DNA of 64,000 nucleotides from Octopus vulgaris (Eukaryota): NCBI GenBank assembly GCA_951406725.2, contig OX597819.1, positions 71,796,001 to 71,860,000 of the forward strand, read 5' to 3'. Shown piece by piece: positions 1 to 10,460 of this stretch (position 1 is its first letter; each line of letters starts with the position of its first letter). The notes under the pieces were generated by a model. It saw only the letters and a program-made list of their open reading frames with translations, ran no database searches and was not told where the DNA came from. The position numbers and the translations under genes were made by a program.

Positions 1-402
1 TGCAAGACTAAAGGCGGTGCTCCAGCATGGCCGCAATCAAATGACTGAAACAATTAAGTCTCAGGCACTTATTTCAATTTTAACATTGAAAATCGAATGA
101 AAAAGCAATATATATTAACAAACGATCCAATTACAACCGTAAAGTAGCATTTTAGATGAATATGTAGGCAACTATCAAGCTTCTCATCACATGCAGATAT
201 TCAGTGAAGTCACCCCTGTTATACCACAACGTTTAAAAAAAACATGGGTTTAATGGAAAACTTGAGTACATTAAACAACCAAACAAAACGTCACTTAACG
301 AGGAAAGAGAAAATGAATCTGCTGTAACTCTTCTTGTAGCTTGAATATATCTACAAACATAATATAAGAACTTCCTGTCATTAATAGCCACGCGCTTTTC
401 TG

Positions 403-437
<35 letters not shown>

Positions 438-904
438 CATATAAGCACCATATGGTCTTTAAGACAGCTTAAAATCTTGTTAAAATCTATTTTAACCACG
501 ATCATAGACATACCACAACACTCCAGCAGGTTTAAATGCGACAACAGTAATTAACTGAAACTGTCCACCCAATGATAAATGGCTACAGAGGGCGCTAGTG
601 TTGAGAGCTTTATTGAAAACAGGCGATGCTGACATTTTCTACGAGTATATGAAGTTGAAAGAGTAGAGTTGCTGCATACACAGCAAATTCATTCATGCAT
701 TCATTCAAATCCAGCGTGAAATTCATTTCTATTTCATTGTTAATATAAATATAAACATAAATAATAAGAATGAAAATGGTTGTATAATGCTTAGGTGCAC
801 TACAACTCAAAGATTCAACAGTGTTATTCATCTAAAATAGAAATATGATTGACAAATCAAATACGATACGATAAAAACATTTAGTTAAGTATCGCCACAA
901 CAGT

Positions 905-1087
905 ATTATATAGTTCTATATTTAAGAGATGAGGAATTATGTACGTTATTTATATTTGACGGATATTTGTCTTCACCTTGTTTGTTGTTAACACAAAGTT
1001 TCGTCTGATGTACCCTCCAGCCTTCATCAGGTGTCTTGGGGAAACTTAGAACCTGGATTCACATTCCTAAGGTATTTTTCGATGTTA

Positions 1088-1138
<51 letters not shown>

Positions 1139-1430
1139 GGGCCACTGCCTTATTATTATTATTATTCTTAACCACTACGCCATATGTTCGTGGGCAATTT
1201 TGGATTGAATTTTTAGAGCATATAAATCTAATATTTTCCTATCCTTCCTTAATAACGGTTGCCATAGGTTACTCATATCTGCACTCTGTCTGCTTAGGAG
1301 GTTGTTGTGTCCTAGCATATGTGCTGCTTCTTTTAGTTTTCGTATTTTCCAGTGGTGTTCTCTGTCCTTTCTTTTAACTTCATCCCACAGGGATATTATT
1401 TAGTCCAGTCCGATGTTTTTAAGAGGACAC
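905..1430 (-). mobile_element. Penelope-like element 3' relic (family A): GIY-YIG C-terminus plus pLTR
   Basis: Minus-strand translation of ~1240-1395 gives WDEVK..DREHHWKIRKLKEAAHMLGHNNLLSRQSADMSNLWQPLL, typical of a Penelope/Poseidon endonuclease C-terminus. The downstream region is homologous to 38130-38595. Confidence 0.8.
991..1034 (-). ncRNA. Minimal hammerhead ribozyme (family A, degenerate)
   Basis: Minus strand reads acac CUGAUGA A GGCUG-gagggUacaU-CAGAC GAAA CU UU gUgU. Stem I is acac/gugu. Point changes affect stem II and the CG palindrome. Confidence 0.7.
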
Positions 1431-1829
1431 GTAATTCTTTTACTACATATGCCTACAGAATGAAGAAAAAAATCAACACTTTTATATTCAAACTAGTCTT
1501 TTTGGAGGATCCATCTGTGATGTGCACGTGATGAAAACGAAAAGGCAGTGAAGAGTTTCCCATGAATAACAACTAAATAAACAAAGTTTGAGAGTATTAG
1601 CAATCTGGAACGAGATTATTGCAGTTAAACAGGAGGAGGATAATTAAAATTTAATTATGTTATGAATAGCGGTTATAAGAGTCTTTGGTCTCTGCTAACA
1701 TAATTATTTGAGAGTTGTTTCGATTCATGGAAATTGCTTTGGGAGTCTGTAAATACGAGAGTGAATATATCCACACACAAACACGTGCACACACACACGC
1801 ACACACACACATACACACACACGCACACA

Positions 1830-1891
<62 letters not shown>

Positions 1892-2117
1892 CTTACAGAC
1901 GCACATACATTCATACATATATAGGCAGGCAGAGAGACAGAAAGAATGGATGTATATACAGCGAAAAATATATACACACTAATTAAGTATTTAATTAGAA
2001 ATACGTCGTTAAACTCAAAAGCATTTATAACATTGCAGTTAATCCAGGTGGAAAAACTAGCATGTATACACATAATCGGTTAAAACGATCCTTTGGAGCA
2101 ATATTTGGACTATAGAT

Positions 2118-2197
<80 letters not shown>

Positions 2198-2214
2198 GGA
2201 TGGATAGATGGATG

Positions 2215-2309
<95 letters not shown>

Positions 2310-2318
2310 TTTGTGTTC

Positions 2319-2354
2319 CTTTCTGTTGAAGAGCGTAGGCTCGAAACGTAAAAG
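2319..2354 (+). ncRNA. Minimal hammerhead-like ribozyme, CUGUUGA core variant
   Basis: cuuu CUGUUGA A GAGC-GUAG-GCUC GAAA CG UA aaag: 4-bp stem I, 4-bp stem II, palindromic ACGU in place of stem III. Confidence 0.72.
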
Positions 2355-2770
2355 ACTTTCTCACTTTCTGAGCGTTAAACTAATACATCTGTTTGTTGTT
2401 TACACACCCGTCTTCGTCTTTTGTTGTATTATTTTGAAGATTTCAACTACATATATATATATATATATATATATCACCGCCCCATCCCTATAGGTTTCCG
2501 CTTCCATTTCCACCCCACTCTCCTTCATCCAACCTACCCATACTCCGTACCACATCCTACCGTCTTATGCGTGCCACCATTCGTTCCAATCTCTATAAAA
2601 TGCATATCATCGACCGCCTTCTCCCTCCTGCTTTTTCCATCTTTTTCTCCTCTCTGCCGCCCTTCCAAAAAATGACTCTCCTGTGTGACCCTTCTGTCCG
2701 GCAGTCGGCATGGTAGATCGGTAGCCACTACACACATGTTTTTCTTCTCTCCTTGTTTTTTTCTGTGCGC

Positions 2771-2806
2771 CTTTCTGTAGAAGAGCGTAGACTCGAAACG
2801 TAAAAG
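2771..2806 (+). ncRNA. Minimal hammerhead-like ribozyme, CUGUAGA core variant
   Basis: cuuu CUGUAGA A GAGC-GUAG-ACUC GAAA CG UA aaag, with one mismatch at the top of stem II. Confidence 0.68.
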
Positions 2807-3408
2807 ACTTTTTCACTTCCTGAGCGTTATACTAATACATCTGTTTGTTTTGTACACCACCTGTCTTCGTCTAATGTTGCTTTTTTGTGAACTCTCCCTA
2901 TATATATATATATATATATACATATATACATACATATATATATATATACATATATATATATATGTATATATGTATGTATGTATGTATGTTTGTATGCATG
3001 TATGTGTGTATGTATGTATATATGTATATGGTTCTGAGAAGGTACAAAGTTGTGATGAAATCTTATATTTTGTTATAATATACAGTATATATTGGTTTCA
3101 AATCTTGGCACAAGGCCAGCAATTTCGAGGATGGGGCTTGTCGACTACCTCGACCCAAGTACTCAAATGGTACTTGTTTTAATGACCCTGAAAGGATGAA
3201 AAGCAATGTCGACCTCGACACATTTTGAACTTACAACGCATGAAGTGCCACTAACCATTTTTCCAGGCGTGTTAACGATTCTGCCAGCGCGCCACCTTAA
3301 TATATACTATATATCATATATAAATTATAAGAAAACAAAGATATGTACATTAGACGCGCTTCATTGTTTTTATATCCAGACTTTCATTTCATTTTTCTTT
3401 TGTTTCAG

Positions 3409-3563
3409 ATGAACCCCTTGAAAACGCACTCCAATACGTCACGTTGCTTCTACTTAATAACAGTGACTGTTTAGAGGAGAGAAAAAAAGTAGGTCGACTT
3501 GTGAAACCACATCACCTCTGCACTGGAACAATGAGAAAAGGAGGGAGAGGGAGCACCTGTAAT
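3409..3563 (+). CDS. Peptidase S1 (chymotrypsin-like serine protease), penultimate coding exon
   Basis: Acceptor ttttctttt..tttcag, open frame (x)EPLENALQYVTLLLLNNSDCLEERKKVGRLVKPHHLCTGTMRKGGRGSTCN, donor aat|gtgagt in phase 0. The LQ..V.L...C...LC.G....STC pattern matches S1 proteases. Upstream exons were not found in the window. Confidence 0.92.
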
Positions 3564-3826
3564 GTGAGTATTATGATGAATGGATGTTCTGGATGTGTCG
3601 GGTAGAGAATATAATGAAATTATTGCAAATGGCGAATCAGTATAGATTATGGGAGTTCTTTTAATGCAAATATTGTGATGGCACGTCGTGAAAGCAGGAA
3701 TACCTGAAATACAAGTAGAGTTGGTAAGAATTTAGAGTTAAACAAAATTTGACTACTTACCTACTTCCTCAAGTCCTCAGTTCCCTATCGTGCACTAATC
3801 ATTGATGACGTTTCTGCACCCTAGAC

Positions 3827-4014
3827 CAATGGTTTTCAACCTTTTTAACATCCGACCCAAATTCAAAACGTATATATTTTTACGGGGCTACACCAAAAGA
3901 AGAAAAACAAGTCAATTAAAGAAAAATTTATCACAAAGGGAAAGTGGTCGCGGGCCACCAGAAGGATTCTTGAGTGCCGCATGCGGCCCTAAGAACGGCG
4001 ATTGAAAGTCGTTC
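3827..4014. mobile_element. hAT-Charlie-like MITE in the protease intron
   Basis: Left TIR caatggttttcaacc, degenerate right TIR gattgaaagtcgttc, subterminal gccgcatgcggccc palindrome. Flanks ccctagac and ctctacac resemble an 8-bp NTCTAGAN TSD. Confidence 0.65.
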
Positions 4015-4841
4015 CTCTACACTGTCTTTTTTACTTCTCTCCAATTAGATCCCTGTTTTATCAGCTTCCAGCTTCCTTTTTCATTTGCAGCCTTAGATTT
4101 TACTGCCCCGCATAGTATGTTTTCCCGAGGGAAAGCCTTCTACCCACAATGCAAATTTCTAGTTCTCATACAAACTGTTAAAATGGATCCTAACATATTT
4201 ATAGATGTTTTCGGTCTAGTTTGGATTCATTGCAATCAAGTTTGATGGCAAAGAATCCAAACTAGATCGAAAACATATTTATAACCTTCAAAATATAATT
4301 AAATAAAATTAATTTCCCATTTGTATAACACCAATAATTACTATATCAGAGATTCCCCTCCTTTTCATTTTGCTACTCCTATGTTAACTCTTTCTGCATC
4401 TTTCACTGCCTCTCCTCCTCCCTGTACACGATATAAAACGTGACCGAAAAACTCAATCAACCAACATTATTTTTTGATAGCGAATAGTTTTGGACTTTTT
4501 TTCTTTTGCTTTTAAATTTTGCTCTTTTGGGTGTGCCCATTCCGTCTGCCGCCTTTTCCCCTAAAGATGAGGTCGGTGCCATTTACAGGAGAAGACACCT
4601 TGCCCAAGGTACCATGAAGTAGGACCGAACCCGGAAGCATGTGATTGGGAAGCAAGCTTCTTACCACATGGTCACGTCACCGCCTATTCCTACTATAACT
4701 ACTCTATCATTTACTCACACTCCTCTTCATTCTTTGTCTCTATTATTCTTTCTCTGTCACTATATCTACCTATGTAAAATTATTTTACTCTTTTCCTGCC
4801 ACCAAGCCACGTATATGCATCCATCCTGCCTTCCTTATGTT

Positions 4842-4886
<45 letters not shown>

Positions 4887-5359
4887 GCTTTTACTTTCTC
4901 TATCTCTCTTTCTTTCCCATTACCTATCTACCTTTCTGCCTTATCGCCCACTACTGCTCTGCTTTCAGAGGCCATGGCAGTAGTGGTCGCTAAAGCAAAA
5001 AGAGAGGACAGATGACTGAATTTATGACAATCAGCGGAGAGAGATTTCTTTGGCTGTATTCATAGCAATAAAACCGTGCCAGATGTAGGGGTGAATCCAC
5101 TTCCCTCCCCACATGAGGCATAAATATATGTTACAAAAGTAAATTTTCCCTTTGCTAAAATTTCTGATACTCAGAAGCGTTTTCAGTTTTGCTTCTATTC
5201 CAAGAACACCACTTTCGACGACACGTAAAACCACAACACTCGCATTAAAATTAGCCCTTTAACTGAAATTGATGCCTTAATATTAATATTATTACTGTTA
5301 CTACAATTACTATCATCATAATCATCATCATCATCATCATTATTATTTCATATGATATT

Positions 5360-6150
5360 TCACGCTCGCAAACCCAGAATAGAGTAGTACTCCTTCATAG
5401 GGTTGACCTTCGCTTTGTAGATATTTAGCTGTTGTTTAGGAAAAAAGTATATTTTAGTTAGGGAGAGGAAAGCTGATGTTTGTGATGCAATCTTTTCAGT
5501 GTGTGTTAGTCGGGAGATATCTTTACTGATAGGAGAAGTAATCCTACAAAACGATTGTGAGGTTTCTAGTTGCCTGAAGTCCATGTTTAATCGGTCAGAT
5601 GTATTACAATGTTTTCTTGAAAAGTGAAATTATTGTATATTTTTTGCTGTTGAAAGAAACAAGGTTGAGGTGTCCCCATTCATGAATATTTTCAAAGTCT
5701 CTGTTAACTAAGTCTGTGCAGATTTGGTGCGAAATCTCGAGGCCGCTTGTGTGGGCATTTCGGTGGTGAAGGCCAGAAAGGGGAGAAGTGGGATACTATC
5801 TGCATAGTCGTGTGTCGTTGAAGGTGACGGCTAATGAGGCATTGATGTATAGGTGGAAGAATGTGAGGGAAGACCCAAGACATATACTGTACTAGAACTG
5901 ATAGTGGGGAGGTCAGAGAGAGCTTCTATCAATACACACTATGATGATGCAGTCACAGTGAACGACATCTATCTGAGAGCAGAGATGGATCGAGATTGTC
6001 GGTAGGAAGCTGAACTGGAGCATTCGCATGTCCAACAAAAATGAATCGTTTCCAATTTCGAAAGCGACAAAGAAGAGCACATCTCTCGTGTGTTCGAGCT
6101 TTATGTCTAGTAGCACAGGACTTTTCGTCTCAGTAGAACATTCTTTAGTA
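5360..6150 (-). pseudogene. Decayed CR1/Jockey-group LINE reverse transcriptase
   Basis: Frameshifted minus-strand motifs: ..VCID.., FHLYINA..DYAD, NRDFENIHEWGHLNLVSFNSKK, and ISKDIS..H.EKIA..FFPKQQLNIYKAKVNPMKEYYS. Confidence 0.75.
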
Positions 6151-6403
6151 AAAATGTACTGGTAGTGTTCAAAGGGACAATGATTTATTGAGCTGTTGGG
6201 ACATTATATCCTTCAAAACTTCCATGCTTCCGGAAGTTCGCCAACACTACACCTGATATCCATACCCCACTTGTTTTAAAGCAATTCATTCACTCTTCAC
6301 TTTGTGTACATTATTCTCTGCACTCTTCAGCCCTTGTGGCCAATAAAAGAGATCCTTATTATCATTTACAAAATAATTTCATTTTTCGCTTTCCTTTCTC
6401 CAG

Positions 6404-6598
6404 GGAGATTCTGGTGGCCCACTTTATTGCAGGAACCAGAAGAACGAACTAGTTTTACTGGGTATCACATCGTTTGGTGACAAAAAGTGTTCGAAAGGAA
6501 CTAGTTATTATACTTCCGTAAACTACTTCCTCGACTGGATACACGAGAAAATACAAAGCAAAACTTCATCAAACAACTGCACAGTAACATGGAAATAA
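6404..6598 (+). CDS. Peptidase S1, terminal coding exon with catalytic Ser (GDSGGP)
   Basis: Acceptor ttcctttctccag in phase 0, matching the previous exon. Translation GDSGGPLYCRNQKNELVLLGITSFGDKKCSKGTSYYTSVNYFLDWIHEKIQSKTSSNNCTVTWK*. Confidence 0.95.
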   Translation, partial: GDSGGPLYCRNQKNELVLLGITSFGDKKCSKGTSYYTSVNYFLDWIHEKIQSKTSSNNCTVTWK

Positions 6599-6689
6599 GA
6601 GAGAAGACAACATGGCTGACTTCACCTTTGAGTACAAAACGTGATATTTGAAGCACAAGACTTGGTACTAATGTGTGATATCTATATCA

Positions 6690-6695
6690 AATAAA
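6690..6695 (+). promoter_or_regulatory. Candidate polyadenylation signal of the protease gene
   Basis: AATAAA about 90 nt after the stop codon, with a second one near 6840. The AT-rich background lowers specificity. Confidence 0.45.
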
Positions 6696-6956
6696 ATTCC
6701 GCAATGTTGTGAATGTATAAGTAGAAATGATATTTTTAATTGAATTAAGTTCAACTGCTATTATAAGTTGAATGAATTCGCCAGAACATTGCTGTTGTGT
6801 TAAAACTGAATCGCAAAACAAACTTTCAATTTTAGTTTCAATAAAAAAATATATACATATATCCCCTACAGCATGTATTGAGCACTCCTTTCTTATTTTC
6901 TCGACATAAAACACTTATGTATACAGACTCAACACACACACATACATACATATATG

Positions 6957-7052
<96 letters not shown>

Positions 7053-7093
7053 AGAAATATTACATTTCTAAAAATTTATACAGTAGCGGCGCG

Positions 7094-7283
7094 ATAAAGT
7101 GGTGGTCTGTTGCCGACTTAATATGACAGTCCCATAAAGGGAAGAATGCTACTTTTTCTGGGTGGAGGTCTTATCTCCCTTGTTTGAGTGTCACATAGTG
7201 AAACGGTGTTTCCTGGGCTAAAGAGCAGTAGCATTCTTCCTTTACTGAGACTTCAATATTAAGTTGGCAACAAAGCATCACTT

Positions 7284-7286
<3 letters not shown>
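7094..7286. repeat. Inverted repeat / MITE-like element with ~60-bp arms
   Basis: ataaagtggtggtctgttgccgacttaatat..gaagaatgctact (7094-7153) is the imperfect reverse complement of 7227-7286. It lies between (TA)n tracts. Confidence 0.75.
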
Positions 7287-7339
<53 letters not shown>

Positions 7340-7342
<3 letters not shown>

Positions 7343-7954
7343 ATTTATTAATGGTCATGTTGCCAGTTTAGCCAATAAAAACACACGCACTATATATTTG
7401 GTGTTAATTTGCTTCAACTTTATTTATTTTTTACATTAATCTTAATCTTAATCCGGCGAGAGTTCTTTCGTCACACTTCTGAGACCTCATCAGTGGTCCT
7501 TTACTTTCTTCTTTCTTATTTGTGTGTCTCTCCTTACTAACGATCAGCCATTTTGTATTTTGTATTCTTATTGTATGTGTCTTTATTTGCGCATGCGTAC
7601 ACCCCTATGTGTGTCTATGTTTAGTTAGTGTGTGGGGGGGGAGAGCCTGTAATATTTGTATCTCCTGTTTATACACGTTCGTATAATTTTTTTTGTTTAT
7701 TCTGTTCATGTGTTTATACCTACTTATTTTTTTTGTATTCAATCAAATTTTTTTAAAAATTTTGTTAATGTATATAGTTATTTAATTCCATTTGTTTATC
7801 TGTGTATTTTATTATGTTTCTTTGTTTTGTTTATATTGTTATCACTTTATGGAGATCTTATTCTGTCATATGTTGTGGTGTGTTGGGTGTGTGTGCTAAT
7901 GTTCCATTCCAGTTTCTTATTCAGGCTAGGTTTATCTTCTATTATGCGTGTAGC

Positions 7955-7960
<6 letters not shown>
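7340..7960 (-). mobile_element. Penelope-like element 3' relic (family D) with degenerate hammerhead at ~7455-7498
   Basis: Minus strand 7960-7900 encodes TEATRIIEDKPSLNKKLEW (GIY-YIG terminal EA..I...KPSLN motif). Downstream reads CUGAUGA G GUCUCA-GAAG-UGUGAC GAAA GAAC UC, with stem I decayed. Confidence 0.7.
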
Positions 7961-8013
<53 letters not shown>

Positions 8014-8014
8014 G

Positions 8015-8640
8015 AAATAAAGATGTATTATTACAGCTATTAATGATATTAATGAGGAAATAATAAGGTGGTTAGCAAGTTCACACCGTTACAGGCATAA
8101 TAGAAGCTAAATTTAGATACAGTAGGGTATATAATACCACTTGCTTAAATCAGAGCTAAAGCTCCAAAACTACCAGAAACTCTCAATAAAGATACACACG
8201 AGCAATCCAATGAACATATGAGAAATAGGCTTACCTTTGCTTTGAATACACTAGTAAGTAATGTATAATTTCAATACCAATTTGTTTCACCCTCTGTATG
8301 ACCAATATACTTTGGGATCTTCAATTGAAAATAACATTTTAAGATGTATTTCTAAAATATTCACTACATTAGCTCGTGTGCGTTCCTTAGTTTAAACGTC
8401 CCGCTCCGTTTAAAAGAGGGTGAAACAAATTGTTATTGAAATATAAATTACTTACTGATGTATTCAACGCAAAGGTAAGCCTATTCCTTAGATGTTCATT
8501 GCATTGCTCGTGTGATACTATATGCCCTACTGTATCACAATTTAGCTTATATTTTGCTTGTGACGGTGTGAACTTGCTAGGCAACTTATTATTACCTTAT
8601 TTAAATCATTAATAACGGTAATAATACATTTTTATTTAAA
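8015..8640. repeat. Long imperfect inverted repeat (foldback element)
   Basis: ~8015-8295 is the reverse complement of ~8413-8640 (e.g. gcaagttcacaccgt/acggtgtgaacttgc and aataggcttacctttgc/gcaaaggtaagcctatt), with an extra ~55 bp in the left arm. Confidence 0.85.
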
Positions 8641-8669
8641 TTTATTCTTGCTCACGATAGTTAGCTTTT

Positions 8670-8731
<62 letters not shown>

Positions 8732-8836
8732 ATTTCTAAAAAAAACGAAGAACGAAAACGTGAAAAAAAACAACAACGCGAGAAGGCGATACATGCAAAG
8801 TATTAGTAGACGCTCAAGGAAGGAAAGAAATGTGGT

Positions 8837-8869
8837 TTTTACGTTTCGAGCTAAGCTCTTCTTCAGAAA
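8837..8869 (-). ncRNA. Minimal hammerhead ribozyme (family C, intact core)
   Basis: uuu CUGAAGA A GAGC-UUA-GCUC GAAA CG UA aaa. The host repeat ~8740-8950 is homologous to 60962-61170. Confidence 0.8.
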
Positions 8870-9682
8870 CAGGAGACAGAGGAAACTCCATAAGAAAAGG
8901 AAGACGGAGGAAAAATTCGCCACTGATTCACATGTGGTTACATTTTGCAATGTATATCTATGTGTATATATACATGTATATATATATATCTATATGTGTG
9001 TATATATGTGTGTCTGTGTGTGTGTATGTGTGTATTCTGTTTTTTTCCTTTTATTCGTTTATTTTTTCTGCTATTCTCTGGTAACCACACTGGGGTAGCA
9101 CTTTAGAGGCCAGTGCTAATCAAATCGACCTGTCTCAGCTTGTGTCGAACGGCAAAGTACCAAGTTACGGGGACAGAAATTAACCAAGACCGGCTGTCAA
9201 ACGTCGGGGGTACAAGCGCAAACATCTAGTCACATACATACGACGGCTTTCGAATAAAAGATATGCACATACATATATATACACAGACACACCTACACAC
9301 ACACACACATACACACACACGCACGCACGGACGCACGCATGTATGTATGTATGTATAGTTTCATGATAGCAAATGAATGCTGCAAGACGGTATAAATTCA
9401 GTAATCATCGGACATGGCTGAAGAGAGAAAAATATAAGCCATCTTTTTCATTCTGTCATATCCGATGAACGCTGAATTTGCTCCTCTCCATTTTCGGCAC
9501 GAAGCCATTTATTGACAACATCGATTGCCATGAAACTATACTAATAATATTATACTAACATTTAACATAATACATGAGTTACTGTCATGTATATATATGT
9601 ATATATGTGTATGTATATATGTGTGTATATAATGTGTGTGTATATGTGTGTATGTATATATGTGTGTATATAAGTACAGATG

Positions 9683-9737
<55 letters not shown>

Positions 9738-10143
9738 TGGCATGGCTGTATGGTAAGGAGCTTGCTTCTAAATGGTCCCGGGTTCAGTCCCACTGCGTGG
9801 TACCTCGGGCCGACCAATGCCTTGTGAGAGGAGTTGGTAGACGGAAACTGGAAGAAACCCGTCGTATGTGTGAGTGGATGTGTGTATGTGTGTTTGTGTG
9901 TGTGCGTGTGTGTAAAATGTCTCAAATTTACTTTAATTTCTTCATAAACCGGAAAGATGACCTTCATCGATTGTCGACACTCCTCGTGGTCGAAGACAGG
10001 GCTGTCTATATCGCTTGTACAATCCAAGAGAAATAAGTAGCCAATCCGCTCACACACTCACGGCAAACCCAGAAGCTTCAGAGAGCGGGAGCCACAGATT
10101 TGCATACTAAACGTTTTTAACTCTTATGATAACAGTTACATGT

Positions 10144-10460
10144 GAAGGCGCGTGGCATAGTGGTTAGGGCATTCAGCTCATGATCGTAAGGTCGTGAGTT
10201 CAATTCTGGACGACGCGTTGTGTCCTTGAGCAAGGCACTTTATTTCACGTTGCTCCAGTCCACTCAGTTGGCAAAAAGGAGTAGTACATTATTTAAAAGG
10301 GCCAGTCTTGTCACACTGTGTCACGCTGAATCTCTCTGGGAACTATGTGAAGAGCTACGCATGTCTGTGGAGTGCTCAGCTACTTGCACATTAATCTCAA
10401 GAGCAAGCAGTTCTGTTGATCGTATCCCCTGGTACCCTCGTCGTCGTAACCAACGGAGTG
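10144..10460 (+). mobile_element. tRNA-derived SINE (family 3)
   Basis: Box A tggcatagtggttagg, box B gagttcaattc, central gtgtccttgagcaaggcacttt. Homologous copies at ~12858-13150 (+), ~19800-19910 (-) and 41018-41317 (+). Confidence 0.85.

Larger units (their letters stand above)
2310..2900 (+). mobile_element. Tandem pLTR-like repeats (Penelope-like family B)
   Basis: ~130-bp direct repeats at ~2310-2445 and ~2760-2895 flank a pyrimidine-rich spacer. A third copy lies at ~45470-45670 on the minus strand. Each contains a hammerhead-like motif. Confidence 0.7.

Noticed and set aside
10147-10215. tRNA gene
   Set aside because: Box A/B are present but run into a SINE body with no acceptor stem closure. 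The same applies to the other SINE heads.
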